A stretch of 32,302 bases of DNA from contig JBDRDL010000052.1 in the NCBI GenBank assembly GCA_043820925.1, positions 1 through 32,302 of the forward strand, given 5' to 3'. The notes under the pieces were generated by a model. That model was not told the DNA's origin. It did no database searches and saw only the letters and a list, made by a program, of their open reading frames with translations. Made by a program: the position numbers and the translations under genes. Of this stretch, positions 1-8,272 are shown piece after piece (position 1 is the stretch's first letter; each line of letters opens with the position of its first letter). The DNA comes from Methanobacteriota archaeon (GTDB lineage: Archaea; Hydrothermarchaeota; Hydrothermarchaeia; Hydrothermarchaeales; JACRDW01).

Positions 1-29
1 GATGCAGATTATTTTCATATCGCACCTGC

Positions 30-302
30 TTATTTTATGTTATAAACGAAGGTCCAGACTAGTATCCAGGTCATGAAAAATAAGAGATATCCTTTCGTCA
101 GCCAGTCCTTGAATAAAAATTCAGAGAGATTAAAGAACTTCATGCACAGAATCCTCAAGGGATAGGCAACGACGACTCCAAAAAAAAGCACGTTCAGCAG
201 GGTTAAATTTGTTCCGCCGAGATACGAGCCAGAGATTATTCCCGCAGCAAAACCTGCAGCAGCATGCAGCAAACTTATCTTCCTTTCAATTTCCTTATCC
301 AT
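30..302 (-). CDS. Small 3-TM membrane protein, archaeal EMC6-like (DUF5379-type)
   Basis: 90 aa with three hydrophobic segments and a C-terminal WLTKGYLLFFMTWILVWTFVYN motif resembling archaeal EMC6-like proteins; divergent from rqcH. Confidence 0.6.
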   Translation of the reverse strand: MDKEIERKISLLHAAAGFAAGIISGSYLGGTNLTLLNVLFFGVVVAYPLRILCMKFFNLSEFLFKDWLTKGYLLFFMTWILVWTFVYNIK

Positions 303-353
303 ACAAATCGCTCCTCTACATTTTTATAATGCAATTATATAAACTTCACTACC

Positions 354-2330
354 ATGAAAATAGAAATGTCGAGCTTTGATGTTCTTGCTGTTGCAAATGA
401 GCTAAAAAATTTAAGAGGCGCACGCCTTAATAAAGTTTACCAGGTTTCCCCGCAGGAATTAAAGATTCAGTTGAACGTAAGAGAGCTTGGAAAGCAGGAG
501 CTTGTGATCGAGGCAGGGAAGCGCATCCATCTCACGGAATATCCAAAACCGAGTCCAGAAAAACCAAGCACTTTTGCAATGACGCTTCGCAAGTACTTAG
601 AAAATGCAGTTTTAACCGAGGTAAAGCAGGTTTCCTTTGACCGCATAGTAGAGCTGAGTTTCAAAAAAGATGAAGAGGAATTCGAGCTAATTGGCGAGCT
701 TTTTGGGAAGGGAAACATTATACTGACCGACAAAAACTACAAAATTCTTGCGGTGATGAAGCCGCAAAAATTCAAAGCTCGCTCTTTAGTTGGAAGGGAG
801 AAGTATGTTCGCCCCCCCCCGAGGCTCAATCCCTTCGAAGTTTCGAAAGATGGGCTGAAGCGGATAATAAACGAATCAAAGTCGGCAGTAAAAACTCTTG
901 CCTCGCCCCTGGGATTGGGAGGCTTATACGCCGAAGAACTCTGCTTGAGGGCAGGTATAGAAAAAAATAAGGAAAAAATAACAGATGAAGAAGCTTCTGA
1001 AATTTACAACACCATAGCTGAGCTCAAAAATTCTATTGGAAGAGAAAGACCTGCCGTCGTCTTCGATGACAGCACGCCAATCGATTTGGTGCCGTTTAAA
1101 CTGAAGATATACGAAGGCAAAAAAATTAAGGAATTCGACTCCTTCAACAAAGCTGCGGACGAGTACTTCACCAAGTACGAAATTGAAAGAGTGGAAGGTT
1201 TGAGAAATGCGGAGTTTGAAAAAGAAATCTCAAAATTAGAAGCGAGGCTGCAGGAGCAAATTCAAACTCTCGAAAAGTACAGGGAAGCCGAGAGACTATA
1301 CAGGCAGTTTGGGGACCTCATCTACGCACATTTCAAGAGCATAGAGAGTATTTTGAAGGCGCTGTCTAATGCCAGAAAGACGCATTCCTGGGACGAAATT
1401 GCAAAAAAAATTGAGGAAGACAAGGAAAAAACTGTCGAAGCCAGCATGATTAAAAAGCTACTGCCAAAAGAAGGAGCTTTGATTGTAGAGCTTGACGGTA
1501 CTGAAGTCAGATTGGATATGAAAAAAAGTACAGCGCACAATGCCGATTTCTATTACGGAAAAAGCAAGAAAGCCAGGGAGAAGACAACCGGAGTGGAAGA
1601 GTCGATGAGGAATACTGAAGCTAAAATAAGAGAGCTCAAAGAAAGAGGCAGAGAGGCGATTGCACTAAAAGAAAAAAAACCTGAGAAGAGAAAAGCAAGA
1701 AAAAAGGACTGGTATGAAAAATTCAGATGGTTCATTTCGTCTGATAATTTTTTAGTCCTCGGCGGCAGAGATGCTGCGACCAACGAAATATTGGTAAAAA
1801 AGCACATGAGCAGCAATGATGTCTTCGTGCATGCGGACATTCACGGTGCCCCTGCCGTAGTTATAAAGACCGAAGGGAGAGAAATACCGGAAGCAACGAT
1901 GCAGGAGGCTTTCGATTTTGCTGCTTCTTACTCGAAGGCATGGAAGCATAACATTTTTGGTTTAGATGTCTACTGGGTTGCGCCAGAGCAAGTGAGCAAA
2001 ACAGCCGAGCACGGTGAGTACATTGCGAAGGGAGCGTTTGTGATTCGGGGCAAGAAAAATTTTGGAAAAGGCAAAATTGAGGTTGCGGTTGGAGTTAAGC
2101 TCGATGAGACTATAAAGGTTATTGGCGGTCCGACTTCAGCGATTGAAAAGCAGGCAAAATATTTTGTTAAAATTATTCCAGGGAAAATGAAAAGCAAAGA
2201 AATTGCAGAGACAATTAAGAGCAAGCTGCTGGGAAAAGCCAGCGAAGAGGACAGGGAAAAAATCAGGGGAATTGCGTTCGAAGAAATTCAGGAGTTTCTG
2301 CCGGGTGGAGGGGGCGAGGTTAAGGAGTAG
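354..2330 (+). CDS. rqcH: Ribosome quality control protein Rqc2/RqcH (NFACT family)
   Basis: 658 aa: NFACT-N (MSSFDV, PSTFAMTLRKYL, FDRI, ELFGKGNIIL), HhH (GLGGLYAEE), coiled coil, NFACT-R (WYEKFRWF, GGRDAATNE, HADIHGAP, GAFVIRGKKN). Confidence 0.95.
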   Translation: MKIEMSSFDVLAVANELKNLRGARLNKVYQVSPQELKIQLNVRELGKQELVIEAGKRIHLTEYPKPSPEKPSTFAMTLRKYLENAVLTEVKQVSFDRIVELSFKKDEEEFELIGELFGKGNIILTDKNYKILAVMKPQKFKARSLVGREKYVRPPPRLNPFEVSKDGLKRIINESKSAVKTLASPLGLGGLYAEELCLRAGIEKNKEKITDEEASEIYNTIAELKNSIGRERPAVVFDDSTPIDLVPFKLKIYEGKKIKEFDSFNKAADEYFTKYEIERVEGLRNAEFEKEISKLEARLQEQIQTLEKYREAERLYRQFGDLIYAHFKSIESILKALSNARKTHSWDEIAKKIEEDKEKTVEASMIKKLLPKEGALIVELDGTEVRLDMKKSTAHNADFYYGKSKKAREKTTGVEESMRNTEAKIRELKERGREAIALKEKKPEKRKARKKDWYEKFRWFISSDNFLVLGGRDAATNEILVKKHMSSNDVFVHADIHGAPAVVIKTEGREIPEATMQEAFDFAASYSKAWKHNIFGLDVYWVAPEQVSKTAEHGEYIAKGAFVIRGKKNFGKGKIEVAVGVKLDETIKVIGGPTSAIEKQAKYFVKIIPGKMKSKEIAETIKSKLLGKASEEDREKIRGIAFEEIQEFLPGGGGEVKE

Positions 2331-3411
2331 TTTTGAACCTCTCATATGCCTCCTGCAAATGCTCTGGCACATTCTGAAATTCTGTCTTCATTTTCAGCAG
2401 CCCTTCATATTTTTTTAAAAATAGAGGGATGTCTATTTTCTCGGCATCTCCCATCGTATCGAGGATTCTTCTTATTAACTCGTCTTTTGTACCTGTAAGT
2501 CTGAGATTTTTTTGTCTTGCAATTTCTTTTAGCCCAGGTATTGTTTTTCTTTTAAACTCATTCTCAGTACTGTGCAAAATCTCCTCAAGCTCTTCGAGGT
2601 CTTCCCTGAACTCGTGCTCGATTAACCTGCTCGGCTGCACGTTTAGAAGGTTCGTGGTAAGCATTTTTTTAATCTCCGCAACTGTTTTCTCTCCTATGCC
2701 GTCGACTGGAAATTTTCTCGGCGAGTATTCAAGAAAGGCATTAAAAACACGCATTGGAGTGCCGAATTTTCTGAGCAGTGCCTCAGCACGCTTGGTGCTC
2801 ACTCCGATTAAGCCGGAGAGCAAAAACAGCTGCTTGTCTAGATCAGAAGTCTTCGTCTTCTTGTGCCTTATCGAGAGATATTCTTTTGTTTCTCCTTTGG
2901 TAGCCCAAAATCTCAGTATATCGGCGGTGTCATAGGCGCTGCCTGTGGGTATTATCGCTATGCCCATGTCTTGGATTTTTTTGAATATCGAGGTCAAAGC
3001 GTGCGGGTGCACAAAGAACTGCGTGCTCCACATCGTGCGAGGCTGCGTTCGAGCAGAGCGGCGGGGATTTAAAACCTTGCCAAGCGTATCTATGCTGTAG
3101 CACCTGCCGCTCTTCGAGCTTGTGAAGACAGCGCCCTCCAAAATTATCCTCGCATCCTCATACTCAAGCAGGTGCTCGACTTGCGTGAAGAGCCTTCCGT
3201 CGGAGATGCTCGTCAAAAAATCGCTTGCCCTCTTGCGCTCCACTGCGATAGTGCCTTCGCTCGTCTGCACCAAATAGTCCGCAATCTCGAGGGGTTTCTC
3301 TATCACTGTAATGTCCTTGAATTCTTTGAGGTAGCGCACAACGAAAGTCCTTGCCTCATGCGTATCGTAGACTACTATCGGCTTGTTGCCCATGAAGTTG
3401 TCGAGGAGCAT
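2320..3411 (-). CDS. ERCC4/XPF-family structure-specific endonuclease with HhH and SAP-like C-terminal domain
   Basis: VVYDTHE, IADY and VERKRASDF catalytic motifs; HhH (GLIGVSTKRA, DGIGEKT); SAP-like TIPGLKEIARQKNLRLTGTKDELIRRI. Start placed at ATG 3411 (track uses TTG 3429). Confidence 0.85.
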   Translation of the reverse strand: MLLDNFMGNKPIVVYDTHEARTFVVRYLKEFKDITVIEKPLEIADYLVQTSEGTIAVERKRASDFLTSISDGRLFTQVEHLLEYEDARIILEGAVFTSSKSGRCYSIDTLGKVLNPRRSARTQPRTMWSTQFFVHPHALTSIFKKIQDMGIAIIPTGSAYDTADILRFWATKGETKEYLSIRHKKTKTSDLDKQLFLLSGLIGVSTKRAEALLRKFGTPMRVFNAFLEYSPRKFPVDGIGEKTVAEIKKMLTTNLLNVQPSRLIEHEFREDLEELEEILHSTENEFKRKTIPGLKEIARQKNLRLTGTKDELIRRILDTMGDAEKIDIPLFLKKYEGLLKMKTEFQNVPEHLQEAYERFKTTP

Positions 3412-3429
3412 GTTAGATAATTCGAACAA

Positions 3430-3440
3430 GATATATAAGA
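3430..3440. promoter_or_regulatory. Probable shared bidirectional TATA box for the ERCC4 gene and pelota
   Basis: GATATATAAGA in the middle of a 50-bp gap between divergent ATGs at 3411 and 3462, consistent with leaderless transcripts. Confidence 0.5.
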
Positions 3441-3461
3441 GTGTATTGCAGAATTCGGTAC

Positions 3462-4526
3462 ATGAAATTAATCCACAGAAACTTGAAAGAGGGAAAAATA
3501 AAATTAAAGCCAGAGACCCTCGATGATCTGTGGTACCTCAAAAGCATTATCACCAGAGGCGATTTAATTTCTGGAAGGAGCTACAGGCGCATTCGGGACG
3601 AGGAAAAGCTCAGGGCAGACAAGGGCGTAAGAATGCCGATTTCAGTAGATATTCGTGCTGAGAGCATAGAATTCCATCCCTATATCATGCGCCTGCGCAT
3701 CACCGGGAAAATCGAGCGCGGTCCCGAAGACCTAATCTCTCTGGGCTCGTATCAAACCATAGAACTCCAGCCGAATGACGTGATTGCAGTTACGAAAGCT
3801 GAGTGGAAAGGCTGGGAGATTGAAAGGCTGAGAGAGGCCGAGCAGGCTGCGAAAACTCCGCTGGTGCTTATAGTAAGCGTGGAAGAGGGGGAGGCAGAGT
3901 TTGCGCTCGTGAGAAGGTATGGCCTGGATTTTCCGGTTAGGGTTACTGCTGCAGTATCAGGGAAGCGTATCGAGAAAGATTACGAAAGTAGTCTGAAAGA
4001 ATTCTACGCCGACGTTGCGAGCAAAATCAGCGAAATGCTGAAGAAAGAAGAAATCAAAGCAGTGATTATAAACGGTCCTGGCTTCACTAAAGAAAATCTG
4101 CTCACTTTCCTGAAGGACAAACACCCGAAAATCGCAGAAATTTGCTATTTAGAAAGCACCGGCGCAGGGGGAAGGTCAGGAGTGCAGGAAGTTCTCAAGC
4201 GTGGCGCAGTTGATAGAATCGTGGAAAATAGCAGGGTTTCTCTGGAGACCAACTTGGTGGAGAAGCTGTTCGAAGAAATAGGAAAGAATACAATGCTTGC
4301 AACGTACGGCTTGGAGGAAGTGAGAAAAGCACTCGAATATGGAGCTGTTGAAAAGCTTCTGATAAGCGATGCTTTCCTGAGAGGCAGCAGTGCTTCTGAC
4401 GAGCTCATAGAAAAAACAAAAAAAACAAGAGGAGAGGCGATTATAATATCAACCGAGCACGAGGCTGGAGAAAGGCTGCAGGGTATTGGAGGCATTGCTG
4501 CGCTGCTGAGGTTTAGAGTTGGATGA
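3462..4526 (+). CDS. pelA: mRNA surveillance / ribosome rescue factor Pelota (aDom34)
   Basis: PETLDDLWYL, RLRITGKI, GPGFTKE, YGLEEV and STEHEAGERLQGIGGIAALLRF; eRF1-like domains; start at ATG 3462. Confidence 0.96.
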   Translation: MKLIHRNLKEGKIKLKPETLDDLWYLKSIITRGDLISGRSYRRIRDEEKLRADKGVRMPISVDIRAESIEFHPYIMRLRITGKIERGPEDLISLGSYQTIELQPNDVIAVTKAEWKGWEIERLREAEQAAKTPLVLIVSVEEGEAEFALVRRYGLDFPVRVTAAVSGKRIEKDYESSLKEFYADVASKISEMLKKEEIKAVIINGPGFTKENLLTFLKDKHPKIAEICYLESTGAGGRSGVQEVLKRGAVDRIVENSRVSLETNLVEKLFEEIGKNTMLATYGLEEVRKALEYGAVEKLLISDAFLRGSSASDELIEKTKKTRGEAIIISTEHEAGERLQGIGGIAALLRFRVG

Positions 4527-4655
4527 CTAAGCACGACAAATTTATAGAATGTGCTCTGACCGGGGAGGTAGACTATATAGTCTCTGGAGATAGACACCTG
4601 CTTGAGTTGAAAAAATACAGGGGCATTAAGATTTTAACTCCCACGGAATTAAGGA
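4523..4655 (+). pseudogene. C-terminal remnant of a PIN-family (VapC-like) toxin
   Basis: DKFIECALTGEVDYIVSGDRHLLELKKYRGIKILTP is the last ~40 aa of a PIN toxin; the N-terminal part is absent and the remnant abuts the pelota stop. Confidence 0.8.
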
Positions 4656-4704
4656 AAAAGAATAGGTATAGCATATGGAGCATAAACCCGGACGTATCAA
4701 ACTA

Positions 4705-5358
4705 ATGAGCTATGCTTATCAGAAAGGTCGAATTTTGCCTTTGAGGCTAAACTTTACCGATAGGTATAACAACAGGTTTCTTTGGACAGTCAACTCTAGA
4801 GATATAGGAGATTTATTTTCGAAAGCCATCGAAATCGAAAAGAGAAACTTGCCTAATGGTTCATACGTTTTGTTTTTTACAGACCTGCTGAAAACATTAG
4901 CAGAAATTCGTAGGGGCGAGTTGGGTCAAAGGAAAATATCTCAATTTACAGAATCTGACACGGAGATTTTAAAAAACTCTGTTCAACTCAAATTTGTTGG
5001 TTATTCACATTCCTTTCTTCCCAAGATAATTTTGCTAGAATTAGATTTTGAGAGCGATTCGGGTATAAAACTAAGGTGGTGTCCAGAATGGGAAGACGTG
5101 ATGAGCTTCATATTAGAAATTGTACAAACGTATGGCTGTCTAGACATTTTTATGAAAAAACTGGTCAGGATGTATGCGAGCAGGAAAAGCAGAGGTGATG
5201 TTACCTTAAAACAAGAACTTATGGACAGATTTATGGAAAAGGCATTATTGGCAAGTTACTTAGAAGAGAAATTACTTTCTGGAAAAGTATACAAAAATGT
5301 TAGATTAGGGCCAACGGAAACACATTTTAAGAAAATCGGAAGAAAACCACAGCGATAA
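4705..5358 (+). CDS. Hypothetical protein with a possible internal duplication
   Basis: Long AT-rich ORF with no recognised family; start could be 4675 or 4705. Confidence 0.6.
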   Translation: MSYAYQKGRILPLRLNFTDRYNNRFLWTVNSRDIGDLFSKAIEIEKRNLPNGSYVLFFTDLLKTLAEIRRGELGQRKISQFTESDTEILKNSVQLKFVGYSHSFLPKIILLELDFESDSGIKLRWCPEWEDVMSFILEIVQTYGCLDIFMKKLVRMYASRKSRGDVTLKQELMDRFMEKALLASYLEEKLLSGKVYKNVRLGPTETHFKKIGRKPQR

Positions 5359-5495
5359 TCTTTTGAATTTTGGGCAAAATCCGCTGCTACACAGATTTTT
5401 AGATTAAAAGAACATGAATTTAAAGTAAAAGGAATAGTGTCCAGCGATCAATTCTTAACCCACAGTGCTATCGCCCGCCGGGGGCGTCTTCTGTG

Positions 5496-5527
5496 CTTGC
5501 ACACGGCGAATCAATAGGAATGCAACT
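5496..5527 (+). repeat. Cassette-delimiting repeat, copy 1
   Basis: CTTGCACACGGCGAATCAATAGGAATGCAACT. Confidence 0.92.
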
Positions 5528-5582
5528 ATCTGGGTCTTCTCCATCCTTATTTATAAAGTGGGAGATAAAAAGATGATCATCG

Positions 5583-5891
5583 ATGGAAATGATTACGGAT
5601 ATATTTGGAAGGAAAATTAGGCTTACGGATGAGAGGTGGGAGTACATAGTTAATAAACGTCCTATTTTGAAGAATCTAAGAACAGAATTCGAAATTACGA
5701 TAAGCGAGCCAGAGCTTATTAAGCGCAGTACATACGACCCAGAAGTTGTGCTATGCTACCGATACTTTAAAGAGTTAATGGGTGGAAAGTATATCGTAGG
5801 CGTGGTTAGGATAAACGATGATAGTTTTGTTGTCACTGGTTACGTTACCGATAGAATTAAGAGAGGCGAAGTGATATGGAGAAAAAGCTGA
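5583..5891 (+). CDS. Putative RelE-like/BECR-fold RNase toxin
   Basis: 102 aa, IRLTDERWEYI...PELI...YRYF...VVTGY pattern; overlaps a DUF2283-type gene. Confidence 0.65.
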   Translation: MEMITDIFGRKIRLTDERWEYIVNKRPILKNLRTEFEITISEPELIKRSTYDPEVVLCYRYFKELMGGKYIVGVVRINDDSFVVTGYVTDRIKRGEVIWRKS

Positions 5892-6100
5892 AGTTCTTCC
5901 TGGATGAAAAGGGCGATGTATTAGATGTTACCATCGGCGAACCTCAGCCAGCAATAAGCGAAGAAATCGGTGACGATATTATACTCCATAAGAATGATAA
6001 AGGCGAAATTGTCGGCTTTACTATACTCAATTTCATAAAGAGATTTAAGAAATTGGGCATGAGTAGAGAAATTCCTATAGTTGCTAAGTTTGCTACTTAG
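5876..6100 (+). CDS. DUF2283-family putative antitoxin
   Basis: 74 aa, DEKGDVLDV...EEIGDDIIL...GEIVGFTILN pattern. Confidence 0.8.
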   Translation: MEKKLKFFLDEKGDVLDVTIGEPQPAISEEIGDDIILHKNDKGEIVGFTILNFIKRFKKLGMSREIPIVAKFAT

Positions 6101-6130
6101 AATTTATTGTATTTTTTCTCTTAGCTTTAT

Positions 6131-6167
6131 ATTGCCCTCGGCGAATCTACAGAGTTAGGAATCAACC
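6131..6167 (+). repeat. Cassette-delimiting repeat, copy 2 (degenerate)
   Basis: ATTGCCCTCGGCGAATCTACAGAGTTAGGAATCAACC; same arms with a longer centre. Confidence 0.8.
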
Positions 6168-6225
6168 AATCATTCCTCCTCCAAAAGCAGTCTTGCGGCA
6201 TTGATTATATCCCTCACGTTTTTCT

Positions 6226-6978
6226 TCATTTACTATTATTTCTCTTCTTATTTTCCCTCTCGTTCCCCCAAATAATTGCATCTAGAATTTTTAGTTTGAA
6301 TTGCCTACCTTTCTCTCCATAATATTTCTCTGCTAACTCAGATATTAAATTAGACCCTTGCTTATCCTCCTCTGTATTGCTAGATAAAAATTCCTTAATC
6401 TGGCTCATGAAGCCAAAATATGCACTTCCATCGTCACCCAACTTTAACTTGCTTTTTCTGACCTTTGTGTCCCATATAGGGAAAATGGCAGGTGCCATAA
6501 CATGAAGTATCTTCGCCGCAGATATAGGTCCAACGATTTTTCTTAGACCATCGAGCAAGTTCTTTATATCTTTTTCATACTGATTGATATCGATGCCATC
6601 TAAATAAATTCCGTGAAATTTTTTGATGCCATCGAAATTTTCTTTAAGCCATTCTCTGCACTCAGTCCATACTTCCCACTCCCCTTTTGTTTTTTCTTTT
6701 TCATCTCCTTTTGTTCTCCTCGTTCTGAGTGCTCGACACATATACCATTCATGTAGAAATGCTTGAAGATAAACTACATCGCTATCATCAAATTTTTCTC
6801 CTTGTGTTAGTGTGGCAGACATTTTATTCACGCATAGGAGATATGAATCGTAAGAATTTTTAGGGAGTTCTTCTACGCTTCGAACAATTTCTTCAATTTC
6901 TTCAATTTCTTTTCTGTCCTTCTCTTTTAAACATTCTTTAATATAGTCAGAAACCGAAAACATTTTCATCATCTTCAT
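6226..6978 (-). CDS. Hypothetical protein with HhH-GPD/DNA-glycosylase-like motif
   Basis: 250 aa; FLHEWYMCR, VGPISAAKILHVMAPAIFPIWDTKV and KILDAIIW; SD GGAG upstream. Confidence 0.55.
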   Translation of the reverse strand: MKMMKMFSVSDYIKECLKEKDRKEIEEIEEIVRSVEELPKNSYDSYLLCVNKMSATLTQGEKFDDSDVVYLQAFLHEWYMCRALRTRRTKGDEKEKTKGEWEVWTECREWLKENFDGIKKFHGIYLDGIDINQYEKDIKNLLDGLRKIVGPISAAKILHVMAPAIFPIWDTKVRKSKLKLGDDGSAYFGFMSQIKEFLSSNTEEDKQGSNLISELAEKYYGEKGRQFKLKILDAIIWGNERENKKRNNSK

Positions 6979-7182
6979 TTTACTCCTCCGGATATTTTAA
7001 CGCTTGCTCAAGGCAGAATAGTATCAACATTTCAGGTTTTTCTAAAATGTGCTCAAGTGTTTCGCCAGTGAGGATGATTTTTCTTCCTAGGACATCTTCA
7101 AGTTCAAATATTATTTTCATTATTTTACAATTTAGTTAGGCTATATAAATAGAGACGTTCAAGATACTGAAGAAGGACTAAA

Positions 7183-7217
7183 CTTGCACACGGCGAATCT
7201 AAGTTAGGAATGCAACT
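7183..7217 (+). repeat. Cassette-delimiting repeat, copy 3
   Basis: CTTGCACACGGCGAATCTAAGTTAGGAATGCAACT. Confidence 0.93.
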
Positions 7218-7226
7218 TGTGCCAAT

Positions 7227-7424
7227 CTAATGCTTAACAGCTTTTTTCAAAACAGATTTAACCTTGACAGGCTCGGTGAACTCGACTTCCACCCACTCAT
7301 TTTCAGGAGAAAGAGAAAGCGCCTCTTCTAAAGTTCGTGCTTTTATCTTCTTTGTAACTTTAAACTCTTCAGGTTTTATTTTTAGTTTGTCGTATCCATG
7401 CTTCTTGCAAATCTCGCATTTCAT
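7227..7424 (-). CDS. Small putative antitoxin partner of the BrnT-like toxin
   Basis: 65 aa; its start overlaps the toxin stop (ATGA). Confidence 0.55.
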   Translation of the reverse strand: MKCEICKKHGYDKLKIKPEEFKVTKKIKARTLEEALSLSPENEWVEVEFTEPVKVKSVLKKAVKH

Positions 7425-7690
7425 ACTCTACCCTTTGCTTTTCTTTTATATAAATTCTTCTCGCTAACATCCGCATCTCTTGCGAAGGCTACCCGGTACT
7501 CCTGTCCACGCCATTCCAGCACAACAAATAAAATTCTGCTGCCCGAGGTTCTGCCTATAACGTCTATAAAATTTCCTCTTTTTCTATGATAGTATTTAAA
7601 TCCAAAAATTGATTCAACTTCATTCGGTTCGACGTTGTGCTTCCTGATGTGGTCTACGTCTTCTTCCGTCCACTCGATTGTGATTTCCAT
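7421..7690 (-). CDS. BrnT/DUF497-like RNase toxin
   Basis: IEWTEEDVDHIRKHNVEPNEVESIF...IGRTSGSRILFVV...ARDA...EKNLY; start at ATG 7690 (MEITIEW). Confidence 0.8.
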   Translation of the reverse strand: MEITIEWTEEDVDHIRKHNVEPNEVESIFGFKYYHRKRGNFIDVIGRTSGSRILFVVLEWRGQEYRVAFARDADVSEKNLYKRKAKGRV

Positions 7691-7748
7691 TAGCAGAAAT
7701 CTTGTTTCTACACGTATTTCAATTAATCGGCGCAAAAAAATTTAAGCA

Positions 7749-7783
7749 CTTGCACACAGCGAATCTAAATTAGGAATGCAACT
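7749..7783 (+). repeat. Cassette-delimiting repeat, copy 4
   Basis: CTTGCACACAGCGAATCTAAATTAGGAATGCAACT; directly abuts the stop codon at 7784-7786. Confidence 0.93.
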
Positions 7784-8188
7784 TTACTTGCTGGCGATTT
7801 TCTCCAGAACCTCTAGCATCTTATCTTGTCCTTGTTTAATATCTTTTAAGATCTCTATACCAATATCCAATTTTCTTGAGATGTCGCTGAGTTCGTCTGT
7901 CGGTGCTTTAAAAAATATGGGGGGCAGTGGGATAGTGTCTTTTATTTCTCTGGTAGCTATCCCTTCGATAGAGATTCCGATGTTCTTACTCTTCTGCTCG
8001 ATGTCTTCTACGAAGGCATCCACCAAACTTTGTAATCCTTCACAGACGGCTTTTACAGTTCCGTCAACATCGTTGTAGACGTAACCCCGAAGATTGTTGA
8101 CTCTACCTAAAGTTTCGATTAGATTTCTAAACCCTACGTCCTGAACATAACCTCGAATTTCTATAGCATACCGTTTTACTTGGGCCAT
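7784..8188 (-). CDS. Acylphosphatase-domain protein with C-terminal coiled coil
   Basis: GYVQDVGFR and GYVYNDVDGTV retain the catalytic Arg/Asn; heptad tail ending LEKIASK. Confidence 0.85.
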   Translation of the reverse strand: MAQVKRYAIEIRGYVQDVGFRNLIETLGRVNNLRGYVYNDVDGTVKAVCEGLQSLVDAFVEDIEQKSKNIGISIEGIATREIKDTIPLPPIFFKAPTDELSDISRKLDIGIEILKDIKQGQDKMLEVLEKIASK

Positions 8189-8257
8189 ATACGCTAAAAA
8201 TCATCCTTTCTTATATAAATCTATTATCCTTCAATTCTTCAGCCCAAAACTAAAAAA

Positions 8258-8270
8258 TTTGCACACCGCC
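8258..8270 (+). repeat. Left half-site of the cassette repeat at the island boundary
   Basis: TTTGCACACCGCC versus CTTGCACACGGCG, 2 bp from the stop of the ArsA-like gene. Confidence 0.55.
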
Positions 8271-8272
8271 AC

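Noticed and set aside
812..820. C9 homopolymer in rqcH as a phase-variation tract
   Set aside because: In frame and encodes the Pro run typical of this position in NFACT proteins.
4513..4530. AGAGTTGGATGAC at the pelota end as the missing right half-site of the cassette repeat
   Set aside because: Matching AGAGTTAGGAATCAAC needs several gaps; too weak without comparative data.
5496..7783. ~35-bp repeats as a CRISPR array
   Set aside because: Spacers are 0.5-1 kb and contain whole genes, repeat length varies, and no cas genes are present.
5496..7783. Repeats as canonical integron attC sites
   Set aside because: Too short and not bounded by RYYYAAC...GTTRRRY; no IntI in the window. Kept only as integron-like.
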